Shown piece after piece: positions 42,903-52,646 of a stretch of DNA of 64,000 nucleotides; within the stretch, counting starts at the first letter, position 1, and each line of letters starts with the position of its first letter. Under the pieces are notes generated by a model. The model was not told the DNA's origin, did not search any database, and saw nothing but the letters and a program-made list of their open reading frames with translations. This stretch comes from Clostridia bacterium (GTDB lineage: Bacteria; Bacillota; Clostridia; Oscillospirales; CAG-272), in NCBI GenBank assembly GCA_900768535.1, contig CAAGDE010000001.1, positions 1,498 to 65,497 of the forward strand, in the 5' to 3' direction. Position numbers and translations under genes: made by a program.

Positions 42903-43580
42903 ATGATGAGACTGTTGATTGCGGAGGATGACCCGCGCCTGCTGAAGTCCCTTTTGCATATTTTCACGTCCAACCAATATGCGGCGGACGGGGTGGCAAA
43001 CGGGAATGACGCGCTGGATTATGCCCGGAGCGGGGAATATGACGGCTTTGTGTTCGACATCATGATGCCGGGGGCGGACGGTCTGACCGTGCTGTCTACG
43101 CTCCGGCGGGAGGGCGTGACCACCCCGGCGCTTTTCCTGACGGCAAGGACCGAGGTCGAACAGCGTGTGGAGGGACTGGACGCCGGGGCGGACGACTATC
43201 TGCCAAAGCCGTTTTCCGTGCAGGAGCTATTGGCGCGGGTACGGGCAATGCTCCGGCGGCGCGACCGATTTACGCCGGATGTGGTCACGCTGGGGGAGAC
43301 GACCCTGAACCGCTCGACCTGCGAAATCTGCCACGGGGACACGCGCCGGCTGCTCAGCGGAAAGGAATTTCAGATTCTCTCCATGCTGACCGAGCATCCC
43401 GGCGCGGTGGTATCCACCGAGCAGATCATCACGCACATCTGGGGCTGGGATACCGATGTGGACACCAGCGTGGTCTGGGTGCACATTTCCAATCTGCGCA
43501 AAAAGCTGGAAGCCATCGGAACCCCGTGGCGTATCCGCTTCATCCGCGGCGCGGGGTATGTATTGGAGGGATCGGTATGA
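42903..43580 (+). CDS. OmpR-family response regulator
   Basis: MMRLLIAEDD...FDIMMPGADG receiver domain. Winged-helix C-terminus ends in RGAGYVL. Confidence 0.9.
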   Translation: MMRLLIAEDDPRLLKSLLHIFTSNQYAADGVANGNDALDYARSGEYDGFVFDIMMPGADGLTVLSTLRREGVTTPALFLTARTEVEQRVEGLDAGADDYLPKPFSVQELLARVRAMLRRRDRFTPDVVTLGETTLNRSTCEICHGDTRRLLSGKEFQILSMLTEHPGAVVSTEQIITHIWGWDTDVDTSVVWVHISNLRKKLEAIGTPWRIRFIRGAGYVLEGSV

Positions 43581-44806
43581 TCTGGAAACTGCGGCGAAAG
43601 CTGATCCTGATCTGCACGCTCTCTATGCTTGTCGTGTTTTTGCTGATCTTTCTGCTGATCGGCACCTTCAGCTATGTCTCCCTGAACCGCACGATGGACA
43701 CCCTGACCGATGCGGTGGCGTCCGGACGCTGGGATTTTCCGGAGCTGGACGACGATGTCCCGCCGCCGAAGGGGGATAAGGGGAAGCCGGGCATTATGGG
43801 AAGCGAAACACAGTTCAGCACCCGGTATTTTACGGTGAAATATGAGGATGACGGCGATATTGACGCGGATACCGAGCACATCCACGCCGTCACGGAGCAG
43901 GAAGCAATCGCCTATGCCGCGGCGGTGAAGGACGGGGACGAGCGCGGATGGTACGGCAATTACCGTTACAAAGTCTATGCGGATGACGGCGATCTTGCGA
44001 TAACTTTTGTGGACGGCAGCATGAACCGTGCGCAAGCGCGGAACTATCTGCTGAACACCTCTGCCATCCTTTCCGGGAGCGGCGCGGTGGTGCTGTTGCT
44101 GATCATCCTGTTCTCCCGTATTGCCGTCAAGCCGGCGGCGGAGGGCTACGAGAAGCAGAAGCAGTTCATTACCGATGCCAATCACGAGCTGAAAACCCCG
44201 CTGACGCTGATTCTGACCAATCTCGACATTGCGGAATCGGAGCTGGGACAGAACGAATGGCTGGACGATATCCGAAGCGAGGGGCGGCAGATGGCAGAGC
44301 TGGTCGGTCAGATGGTGACGCTCTGCCGGATGGATGAGGACAAGCCGCCGCTGGATAAAAAGCAGTTCGACCTCTCCGAGACCGTGGAGGATACGGCTTC
44401 CGAATTTGAGCCGCTTGCGCGGAAGCAGGGGAAGACGCTGCGGGCTTCGGTGGAGCCGGGGGTGGTCTGCTTCGGGGATGAGGGAGCCATCCGGCGTCTG
44501 CTGGCGATTCTGCTTGACAACGCGGTGAAGTACTGCGATCCGGCAGGGGACATCCGTGTGACGCTGTCCTGCGGCAGACATCCGACCCTTGCGGTGGAGA
44601 ACAGCTTTGCGGCGGTGGATGAAACCAAGCTGGAACGCCTGTTCGACCGTTTTTACCGCTCGGATAAGGCACGGACATCCGGGAGCGGCTTCGGCATCGG
44701 TCTGTCCATCGCACAGGCAACCGCAACGGCGCACCGCGCAGAGCTGACGGCGTACCGGGCAGGCAACGGAAAAATCGGTTTCCGTGTGATCTTCCGCGGA
44801 AAATAA
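43577..44806 (+). CDS. Sensor histidine kinase
   Basis: ATGA overlap with the RR gene. Two transmembrane segments. H-box ANHELKTPLT, N-box LLDNAVKY, G-box GSGFGIGLSIA. Confidence 0.9.
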   Translation: MIWKLRRKLILICTLSMLVVFLLIFLLIGTFSYVSLNRTMDTLTDAVASGRWDFPELDDDVPPPKGDKGKPGIMGSETQFSTRYFTVKYEDDGDIDADTEHIHAVTEQEAIAYAAAVKDGDERGWYGNYRYKVYADDGDLAITFVDGSMNRAQARNYLLNTSAILSGSGAVVLLLIILFSRIAVKPAAEGYEKQKQFITDANHELKTPLTLILTNLDIAESELGQNEWLDDIRSEGRQMAELVGQMVTLCRMDEDKPPLDKKQFDLSETVEDTASEFEPLARKQGKTLRASVEPGVVCFGDEGAIRRLLAILLDNAVKYCDPAGDIRVTLSCGRHPTLAVENSFAAVDETKLERLFDRFYRSDKARTSGSGFGIGLSIAQATATAHRAELTAYRAGNGKIGFRVIFRGK

Positions 44807-44866
44807 AAAGGCAGGAAGCCTTTCTTCGGCAGATCACAGAATCTACTGAAATTCAAAAAAAAACGG

Positions 44867-44895
44867 TTGCAATCCGGCAGAAAATGTGCTATAAT
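44867..44895 (+). promoter_or_regulatory. Sigma-A promoter with extended -10
   Basis: TTGCAA at 44867..44872, 17-nt spacer ending TGC, TATAAT at 44890..44895. Confidence 0.6.
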
Positions 44896-44935
44896 AAGCC
44901 ATACTCTTTATTTATCCGAAAGGAACAGACAGAAC

Positions 44936-45598
44936 ATGGAACTCAAAGGCTTGAAGGCACTGTTTTTGGGAGATTCGATTACCGAGGGGCACGGCGCATC
45001 GTCCCCGGATAAGGTTTACTGGAAGGTTCTCGGTGACCGCACCGGAATGGAAACGGTCGGCTACGGCATCGGCGGTACCCGCATTGCAAGACAGATCCGC
45101 AAGAGCGACAACGACCGCTGGGATCTCGACTTCTGCGCGCGTGCGGAGAAGATGGACAAAACGGCGGATATCATCGGCGTGTTCGGCGGAACGAATGACT
45201 ACGGTCACGGCTTTGCTCCGATCGGCGAAAAGCAGGATACCGATGTATGGAGCTTTTACGGGGCTTTGAATCACCTGTATACCTATCTGATGTCGACCTA
45301 CCCGAACGCGTTTATTTTTGTCATGACCCCCACGCACCGCCTGCGGGAGGACTGCCCGCGCGGAGACGGCTACAAGCCGGAAATGCTTCCGCTGAAGGGA
45401 TATGTGGAGATCATCCGCGAGGTAGCGGAGAAATATTCTCTTCCGGTGCTGGATCTGTACCGCGAGTCCGGGATCAACCCCATCATTCCCGCCCTGCGTG
45501 AGCGCTATATGCCGGACGGTCTGCACCCCAACGATGCGGGCTACGAAAAGCTCTCCTTCATCGTAGAGAACTTTCTGCGCACGCATTATCACAAATAA
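44936..45598 (+). CDS. SGNH/GDSL-family hydrolase (esterase)
   Basis: Block I FLGDSITEG, block III GGTNDYGH, block V DGLHPNDAG. Confidence 0.85.
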   Translation: MELKGLKALFLGDSITEGHGASSPDKVYWKVLGDRTGMETVGYGIGGTRIARQIRKSDNDRWDLDFCARAEKMDKTADIIGVFGGTNDYGHGFAPIGEKQDTDVWSFYGALNHLYTYLMSTYPNAFIFVMTPTHRLREDCPRGDGYKPEMLPLKGYVEIIREVAEKYSLPVLDLYRESGINPIIPALRERYMPDGLHPNDAGYEKLSFIVENFLRTHYHK

Positions 45599-45618
45599 GT
45601 GCGGACGGTCAGCCCGCC

Positions 45619-45654
45619 AAAAAACGCCGCGATCAAACGGTCGCGGCGTTTTTT
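45619..45654. terminator. Bidirectional rho-independent terminator
   Basis: AAAAAA-CGCCGCGA-tcaaacgg-TCGCGGCG-TTTTTT, between convergent genes. Confidence 0.8.
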
Positions 45655-45705
45655 GTATGCCTGATCCTGCCTGACGGCTTCCGCTGCGCAGACAGGGGGC
45701 TGTCC

Positions 45706-46674
45706 TCAAAAATCCTCTGTTGAAGCGTCCGGGAGGCGGATTTCGCCGCTTTGCGCTTTTTTTCTGTATTCCGACGGGGAGAGCCGGTATTTCCGTCTGA
45801 ATGCCTTTTCAAACGTCGGGTAGCTTCCGAACCCTACGTTGCTTGCCACATCACGCACCTTGATATCGGGGTGATTGGCAAGGTACTTTGCGCCCTCATC
45901 CAGACGTTTGTTCAGCAGATATTCCTGCGGGGAAATGCCGACGTGCTTCATGAAGAGGCGGTAGAGATAGGAGGGGGAGATATACTGCCGTTTTGCCAGA
46001 TACGAAACGGAAAGGGGATAGCAGAAGGAGGTATTGATGTAATACAGCGTTTCCTTCAGAATGCTGTCGGTGCTTTTGAGCTTTTTGGGCTGACCTGTAT
46101 CGGATGTACGATCCTCCGAGGTTGACAGCACGGAGACAATCGCATTCGCAAGAAAACCGGTGCGGCTTTCGTTTTCGGGATTTGCCGTTTCATCAAAAAG
46201 CATTTCGAAAACCGAAAAGATCAGCTGTCTCTGCGGATGACTCATGTGTCTGATCGGGGACTCCGCAAATACAAGCCTTTGCATTTCCGAAACATCGGGG
46301 GAGCACCAGCGGTCAAAGATCATCCAGTAAAGTGTCAGGGGATTTTTCGGGTCGGAGATGATGCTGTGTGAGCGGACCGGTTCCGTCAGGAATGCGTCTC
46401 CCCGCCGGATCGGAATGCCGTTCATAAATCCGGCTCCGTTCAGGACAAAATGGAGCGAATATTCCGGTGTTATGCGGTTGACGATTTTTCTGTTTGGATG
46501 CCAGAATTCCTTCCCGATGATGCGAACGCGGTGATCGTGATTCAGCGAGCAAAGCCAGATGCCGTAATACGGCATTTTTTTGATTTCCGCAGAACGGGGA
46601 TCGCTTTCCGGATGCAAGCCGATCGGATCTCCTGTTTGCGGGTTGAATTCTGCGAACTGACGCTGATATGCCAT
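45706..46674 (-). CDS. AraC-family regulator
   Basis: C-terminal SVSYLAKRQYISPSYLYRLFMKHVGISPQEYLL...GFGSYPTFEKAFRRKYRLSPSEYRK. Confidence 0.85.
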   Translation of the reverse strand: MAYQRQFAEFNPQTGDPIGLHPESDPRSAEIKKMPYYGIWLCSLNHDHRVRIIGKEFWHPNRKIVNRITPEYSLHFVLNGAGFMNGIPIRRGDAFLTEPVRSHSIISDPKNPLTLYWMIFDRWCSPDVSEMQRLVFAESPIRHMSHPQRQLIFSVFEMLFDETANPENESRTGFLANAIVSVLSTSEDRTSDTGQPKKLKSTDSILKETLYYINTSFCYPLSVSYLAKRQYISPSYLYRLFMKHVGISPQEYLLNKRLDEGAKYLANHPDIKVRDVASNVGFGSYPTFEKAFRRKYRLSPSEYRKKAQSGEIRLPDASTEDF

Positions 46675-46727
46675 ACACGCCTCCCTGCCTGCTTCAAAAT
46701 CACTGTAACTACTATTATTATAAACGT

Positions 46728-46847
46728 ATTTTCGGGAAAATGCAAGTGCTTTTCGGGAAAAGCTTGCTCCGGAAATCCAAACGGGGGATAGGTGAAAATA
46801 TACCCTGTTTTATGTCGTTATCGTACCTGATCCGGGAAAATGCTTGA
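46728..46847 (+). promoter_or_regulatory. Three copies of a TTTCGGGAAAA(T)GC-type box in the divergent AraC/glycosidase intergenic region
   Basis: Boxes at 46728..46746, 46749..46767 (21-bp period) and 46829..46847. The last box abuts the -35 TTGAAA. Confidence 0.5.
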
Positions 46848-46872
46848 AATCCGCATGACAAAATGATACAAT
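46844..46872 (+). promoter_or_regulatory. Sigma-A-like promoter for the 46936 operon
   Basis: TTGAAA at 46844..46849, 17-nt spacer, TACAAT at 46867..46872. Confidence 0.5.
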
Positions 46873-46935
46873 ACAGGTGGACGCGATGTGGAGAAGTTTA
46901 TCCTGCATCGGGCGGAATGCATTGAGGTGATGAAT

Positions 46936-49515
46936 ATGGAAGATAAGCTTTTACGGGATTATCTGAACGGGGAATTCGGCGATCATGTTACCCCGTTCTA
47001 CTGGCAGCACGGCAGGGAGCGGAGAATGTGGGATATTTCCGCCAGAATCCGGGAACTGTATGACGACGGCAACCGTTCCTTCTGCATCGAGTCCCGTCCC
47101 CATCCCGATTTTTTGGGAGAGGAATGGTGGGAGGACATGACCCTTGTAATGGAGACTGCGGAGTCTTTGGGGATGAAGGTCTGGATCATGGACACGAAGC
47201 ATTATCCCACCGGATATCTTTCCGGCTTTGATGTCAGGCATCCGGAGCTGCGTCTTTGGAACCTTGCGGAAAATCATACCGATGTCATGGGACCGGTCAG
47301 GGACGGTATGGTGATACCGGAGCTTTCCGCGCCGGATGACGTCATCCTCGGGGTCTATGCCTATCCGCGGAAGAGTGAGAGGGAAGGCGATCTCGGAGGC
47401 AACCCGATTGAATTGACCTCCTGCATTCATGACGGATGTGTGTACTTTGACCTGCCGGACGGGATGTGGAGGATTGTTTACGTCTACCGCACCCGGAAGG
47501 GGGTCAGTGACAGCTTTATCAGTGTGATTGACCCGGAATCGGTGCAGGTGCTGATTGACGAGGTGTATGAGGCGCATTACCGGCATTTGGGGAAATATTT
47601 CGGCAAAACCTTTGCGGGCTTCTTTTCGGACGAGCCGCGGTTCCGCAATCAGCAGATCGGCGGCGGACGGTTTGAATACGGCTACTACAGCAAAACGGTC
47701 GGTCAGCGCGGCATGGGGCTTCCGTGGTCGGATGACGTGCTTCCGATGATGGAGCGGGAACTGCAAATGCCGGCAAAGCGATTTCTGGCGGCGCTTTGGT
47801 ACGAGCTTGACGGCGGACTGACGCAGACGGTCCGGCTGGCGTATATGAATGCGGTCAGTACGCTTTACGGAAACAATTTCTCCCGCAGAATCGGTGACTG
47901 GTGCGAAAAGCACGGTGTGCTGTACATGGGACACGTGCAGGAGGATATGGGGGTTCACGCAAGAACCGGAAACGGCTGTGCCCATTTCTTCCGCTGTCAG
48001 TGGGGGCAGGATTTTTCCGGCGTTGACGTGGTGCTTCATCAGGTGGTTCCCGGCTTTGCCCACTACGACACCCGCTCCAAAGACGGATATTTTGTCACCG
48101 ACGCAGCGCTTTATCACTATGTTCTCTGTCAGATGGCGGCATCCTCCGCGCATATCAGCAAAAAGATGGGCGGAAAGGCGATGGGGGAGCTTTTTGCCGC
48201 ATATGGCTGGGCGGAGGACGTCCCGATGATGAAATGGCAAGCCGATTTTATGCTGGTTCGTGGCATCAACCGATTCGTTCCCAACGGCTATGATGACCTG
48301 TGGCCGGACGCAGACTGCCCGCCGCAGCTGGGGGTCCGGTTCGATCCGCAATTGCCCGGATACCGGAAGCTGACGGCTTACATGAACAAAACGGCGCACT
48401 TGCTGTCGTGCGGAACGCATATTGCCAATGCGGCGGTGCTTTACCATGCGGAAGCCGAGTGGATGAATCCGCAGGGGTATACCGATATGTCCGTTCCGGC
48501 AAAGGCGCTTTTGGATGCGCAGCTTTGCTATGACATTCTTCCGGTGGATGCCGTTTGCGGGCAGGCTACGGTCGCGGACGGCGCGTTGCTGGTGGCGGGA
48601 GAGCGGTTTGATGCGTTCTTTGTTCCCTACGCCCGGTATCTGCCGAAGCGGTTGATCGGGCAGCTCCGGCGGTTTGCCGCAAAAGGGCTTCCCGTATACT
48701 TTGTGGGCGGTGTACCCGAAGGCTGTGAGGATTTCGGCACGCGGATCGAAGCCGGTGACATCGCACGGGAGATGTATTCCAACGGCTTCTATGACATCAG
48801 GGTTCAGGGAAATTATCCGTTGCTCCGGTTCTATCACCTGAGGAGAGGGAGAACCGATCTGTATTTCTTCTTCAACGAATCCGTGACCGAAACGGTGGAT
48901 ACCGATGTCATGTTCCGCGAAAAGGGAAGCTGTACGTTCATTGACGGCGCCGCCGACCGGTATTACACCGTCGGGAGCCGGGACGGAAGCCTGCACCTTA
49001 CGCTCACGCCATATGAATCGGTACTGCTTGTCTGGAACGGACTTGACGGCAAGGCGCTTTCACAGCCGACCGTTTATGGGGAGCGGAAGCCCCTGGAGCT
49101 GATTTACGACATCACGCTGGAGAGCTGTCTGGAGCCTGGCGTGGAGAGGCACGCAAGAACCACCGACAGGCTTTATAATATCACGTCCTACAATGAGAAT
49201 CCGAGATTTTCCGGGAAAATCCGGTACAGAACGGAGCTGACACTTGACCGGGCGGGGAGCTATGAGCTGGATCTCGGAGCGGTCGGGCAGATTGCAGAGG
49301 TCACGCTCAACGGCGTTTCCTGCGGCTTGCGGATGTGTGCGCCCTTCCGGTTTGAATTGGGCGAAGCGGTCCGGACCGGAAAAAACGAGCTGATGATTAC
49401 CGTATCCAATACCCTGGTCTATGAACAGCGGGATCCGCTGTCTCCCGCACTGCTGATTCCCGCCAGCGGGCTTCTCGGTCCCGTAACCCTTTCAAAAAAA
49501 GGAGCGTCATCATGA
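46936..49515 (+). CDS. Putative intracellular glycoside hydrolase with a C-terminal galactose-binding-like jelly-roll; family not assigned
   Basis: No signal peptide. N-terminal PFYWQHG...CIESRPHPDFLGEEWWEDM...GMKVWIMD is TIM-barrel-like. The C-terminus (LDLGAVGQIAEVTLNGVSCG...NELMITVSNTL) is GH2-N/CBM-like. Start ATG 46936 lies 7 nt after GAGGTG. Confidence 0.6.
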   Translation: MEDKLLRDYLNGEFGDHVTPFYWQHGRERRMWDISARIRELYDDGNRSFCIESRPHPDFLGEEWWEDMTLVMETAESLGMKVWIMDTKHYPTGYLSGFDVRHPELRLWNLAENHTDVMGPVRDGMVIPELSAPDDVILGVYAYPRKSEREGDLGGNPIELTSCIHDGCVYFDLPDGMWRIVYVYRTRKGVSDSFISVIDPESVQVLIDEVYEAHYRHLGKYFGKTFAGFFSDEPRFRNQQIGGGRFEYGYYSKTVGQRGMGLPWSDDVLPMMERELQMPAKRFLAALWYELDGGLTQTVRLAYMNAVSTLYGNNFSRRIGDWCEKHGVLYMGHVQEDMGVHARTGNGCAHFFRCQWGQDFSGVDVVLHQVVPGFAHYDTRSKDGYFVTDAALYHYVLCQMAASSAHISKKMGGKAMGELFAAYGWAEDVPMMKWQADFMLVRGINRFVPNGYDDLWPDADCPPQLGVRFDPQLPGYRKLTAYMNKTAHLLSCGTHIANAAVLYHAEAEWMNPQGYTDMSVPAKALLDAQLCYDILPVDAVCGQATVADGALLVAGERFDAFFVPYARYLPKRLIGQLRRFAAKGLPVYFVGGVPEGCEDFGTRIEAGDIAREMYSNGFYDIRVQGNYPLLRFYHLRRGRTDLYFFFNESVTETVDTDVMFREKGSCTFIDGAADRYYTVGSRDGSLHLTLTPYESVLLVWNGLDGKALSQPTVYGERKPLELIYDITLESCLEPGVERHARTTDRLYNITSYNENPRFSGKIRYRTELTLDRAGSYELDLGAVGQIAEVTLNGVSCGLRMCAPFRFELGEAVRTGKNELMITVSNTLVYEQRDPLSPALLIPASGLLGPVTLSKKGASS

Positions 49516-52500
49516 ACCCTTTGCAAAAATTATGCTACCATACCTCAAACGAACATCTGCACGTGGGATGCGAAACACCGCGGGCGTATTTTATCCCGTA
49601 TTCCGATGTGAAAACGGCATTGACCGATGAGAGAAACAATTCCGACCGGATGCTCTCCCTGTGCGGTACGTGGGATTTTTGCTACTATCGGTCGGTCGCA
49701 GAGCTGGAAGACTTTCCGTCGGCGGACTTTCCGGCTGCCCATGATACCGTTACCGTGCCGGGCTGTTGGCAAACCTACCTGGACCGGAATTACGACAAGC
49801 CCCAGTATACCAACGTCCGCTATCCCTTTCCGGTGGATCCCCCACACGTTCCAGCCATCAACCCCTGCGGGCTCTATCACAGAACCGTGACGCTGACCGC
49901 AGAGCAGCTCCGGAACCGCACCGTTTACATCAATTTCGAAGGGGTGGACTCCTGCTTCTATCTTTACGTGAACAACCGCTTTGCCGCCTACAGCCAGGTT
50001 TCCCACTGTACAAGCGAGGTTGATCTGACCGATTTCCTCAGGGTCGGCGAGAACGACTTCCGGGTGCTGGTGTTCAAGTGGTGCGACGGCTCCTACCTGG
50101 AGGATCAGGATAAGTACCGCTTTTCGGGCATTTTCCGCGAGGTTTATCTGCTGTTTCGCCCGAAGGTTCATCTGCGCGATCTGTTCTTTCGCGGCTTACC
50201 CGATGAGGATCTGAAGAACGGGGCTTTGGAGCTTACGCTCAGCACCAACGGCAGGGCGGATGTCAGGCTCTTCCTGACCGATCCGGAAGGGAACGCGGTG
50301 TCGGAGGAAACCGTCACCGTTGACGGAGAAGCGAAGCTGAAGCGGAGAATCGGAAGCCTGTCGCTTTGGAGCGATGAAATTCCGCGGCTTTATACGCTTC
50401 TGGCGGAATGCAACGGGGAGGTGATCCCGTTCTTCGTTGGATTCCGGCGGCTGGAGATCAAAAACCGGGTCTTTTATATCAACGGACAGAAGGTCAAGGC
50501 GAAGGGCATCAACCGCCATGACTCCGATCCGCAGACCGGGTATACCGTAACCATGGAGCAGATGCGCCGGGAGCTTGGAATCATCAAGCGTCACAACATC
50601 AACTTTATCCGCACCAGTCATTATCCAAACGACCCGCGCTTTCCGGGGCTTTGCGATAAAATCGGCATATATCTTTGCGATGAAGCCGATCTGGAGTGCC
50701 ACGGAATGTTCCGCAGCAGGGATCCGCACGCGGGCTACGATGACCCGGAATGGAACCGCCTGACCGATTCTCCCGAATGGCGGGCAGCCTATCTTGACCG
50801 CGCCGAGAGGATGCTGGAGCGGGATAAAAACCACCCGTCCGTTGTGATGTGGTCTGTCGGCAACGAGTCGGGCTACGGCGCCAACCACCGTGCCATGTCT
50901 GCTTATTTTCATTCCAGAACGCCGGAAATTCCGGTACAGAATGACGGCGCGACCCGGTGGCATTCCCGTGCGCTGACATCGGAACCGGATGACGGATACC
51001 TAAGGCAGATGCTCTGCCGGGATGTGGATATTGACGCGCGGATGTACCTCCGCCCGGAACTGATTCAAAAGGGCTTTTTGGAAAATCCCTATCTGAAAAA
51101 TCCCTTTTGGCTCTGCGAACACAGCCATGCAATGGGAAACAGCCCCGGATGCCTGGCGAGATACTGGGACTGCATTGATTCCGATGACCGCTTCTTTGGC
51201 GGCTGTGTGTGGGAATTCTGTGACCATTCGGTCAATATCGGAACCGTCCGGAGACCGAAATTTACCTACGGCGGCGATTTCGGGGAATTCCCGAATGACG
51301 GCAATTTCTGTGTGGACGGAATGGTTTCTCCCGATCGCAAGCCCCATTCCGGAATGCTGGAATATAAACAGATTATCCGCCCGGTCAGGGCAAAGCTGCT
51401 CTCACCGGACGGAAGAATTGCGGTTCGGAGTATGCGGTATTTCCGATCGCTCTCCGACCTCTCCCTGCGCTGGCGGCTGGAGCAGGACGGTGCGGTGCTG
51501 GCAAAGGGAAGGATCGCCGCGTTGCACATCGAGCCGGGAGAAACGGAGCAGTATTCGCTGGCGCTTCCCGAACCGGACGGACGTCCCGGCAGACGGCTGC
51601 TGTATCTGTCCTTTGTGCAGAACCGGGATACCGATTGGGCGAAGGCGGGGTATGAGGTGGGCTTTGAGCAGTTCGGACTGCCGTTTGTTCCGCACATTCC
51701 GGAAAGGCTGCCAGCAACCGGGATCCGGATTAGGGAAACAGACCGGCAAACGGTTCTGACCGCCGGCGGTGCGGTGCTTGCCGTCTCAAGGCTGACAGGC
51801 TTTGTCGAATCGTACAGCCGGGACGGCAGAGAACAGCTTGCCTCCCCCCTGAAGCCGACGGTATGGCACGCGCCAACCGACAACGAGCGGCATATCCGCA
51901 ACGATTGGGCGGATATCGGCTTCGATACGGCTGTTCCCGAATGCTACGGCATCCGTATAACCGAAGCGACTGCAGAGCGAGCGGCGGTAGAGGTGCTTTT
52001 CAAGCTGTCGCCCCTGTCCCGCGCTCCGCTGGCGGAGGTTACGGTGCGGTACGTCTTTGCGGGGGACGGAACGCTTTCCGTATTTGCGCATCTGTCCCGT
52101 CCGGCAGGACAGCCTCCTTTGCCGCGGTTCGGCTTTACCTTTGCAATGCCAAAGGGGAGTGAGTCGCTGGAGTGGTATGGCATGGGACCGACCGACTGCT
52201 ATGCGGACAAATGCCACGCCGCGCATATGGGAACTTTCAAAACCACGGTTTCGCGGCATTTTGAGCACTACATCCGTCCGCAGGAAAACATGGCGCACGC
52301 GGGCACCGAGTGGGTTCGGATAACCTCCGGGAAAGGCGGAATGCTTTGCGTCGGGACAAAAGAACAGCCGGTGTTCAGCTTTAACTGCTCGCACTATACC
52401 GATGCACAGCTGACCCGCACCGCGCATGACTATGAGCTGAAGCCGCGGGCGGAGACGGTTGTTCATATCGACAGCCGTCATGCGGGCATCGGTTCGGAGT

Positions 52501-52637
52501 CCTGTGGGCTGCCCCTGGAGGAGCGGTATAAAATCAACGATACCGAAACAGACTTCTCCTTCCGCCTGATCCCGCTTGCGGACAGAGACGGCTGCAACCC
52601 CTATGCACAGCTGGACGAGCGGGGGCTGATAACATGA
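49512..52637 (+). CDS. lacZ: GH2 beta-galactosidase (LacZ type, about 1040 aa)
   Basis: NVRYPFPVDPPHVP, GINRHD, IRTSHYPNDPRF, WSVGNESGYG and CEHSHAMGNSPG parallel E. coli LacZ blocks. ATGA overlap with the upstream gene. Confidence 0.9.
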   Translation: MNPLQKLCYHTSNEHLHVGCETPRAYFIPYSDVKTALTDERNNSDRMLSLCGTWDFCYYRSVAELEDFPSADFPAAHDTVTVPGCWQTYLDRNYDKPQYTNVRYPFPVDPPHVPAINPCGLYHRTVTLTAEQLRNRTVYINFEGVDSCFYLYVNNRFAAYSQVSHCTSEVDLTDFLRVGENDFRVLVFKWCDGSYLEDQDKYRFSGIFREVYLLFRPKVHLRDLFFRGLPDEDLKNGALELTLSTNGRADVRLFLTDPEGNAVSEETVTVDGEAKLKRRIGSLSLWSDEIPRLYTLLAECNGEVIPFFVGFRRLEIKNRVFYINGQKVKAKGINRHDSDPQTGYTVTMEQMRRELGIIKRHNINFIRTSHYPNDPRFPGLCDKIGIYLCDEADLECHGMFRSRDPHAGYDDPEWNRLTDSPEWRAAYLDRAERMLERDKNHPSVVMWSVGNESGYGANHRAMSAYFHSRTPEIPVQNDGATRWHSRALTSEPDDGYLRQMLCRDVDIDARMYLRPELIQKGFLENPYLKNPFWLCEHSHAMGNSPGCLARYWDCIDSDDRFFGGCVWEFCDHSVNIGTVRRPKFTYGGDFGEFPNDGNFCVDGMVSPDRKPHSGMLEYKQIIRPVRAKLLSPDGRIAVRSMRYFRSLSDLSLRWRLEQDGAVLAKGRIAALHIEPGETEQYSLALPEPDGRPGRRLLYLSFVQNRDTDWAKAGYEVGFEQFGLPFVPHIPERLPATGIRIRETDRQTVLTAGGAVLAVSRLTGFVESYSRDGREQLASPLKPTVWHAPTDNERHIRNDWADIGFDTAVPECYGIRITEATAERAAVEVLFKLSPLSRAPLAEVTVRYVFAGDGTLSVFAHLSRPAGQPPLPRFGFTFAMPKGSESLEWYGMGPTDCYADKCHAAHMGTFKTTVSRHFEHYIRPQENMAHAGTEWVRITSGKGGMLCVGTKEQPVFSFNCSHYTDAQLTRTAHDYELKPRAETVVHIDSRHAGIGSESCGLPLEERYKINDTETDFSFRLIPLADRDGCNPYAQLDERGLIT

Positions 52638-52646
52638 TCTTCCTGT

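Noticed and set aside
44801-44823. Weak hairpin AAAGGC-aggaa-GCCTTT after the histidine kinase gene, as a possible terminator.
   Set aside because: The stem is only 6 bp with a poor T-run, so it is too weak to call.
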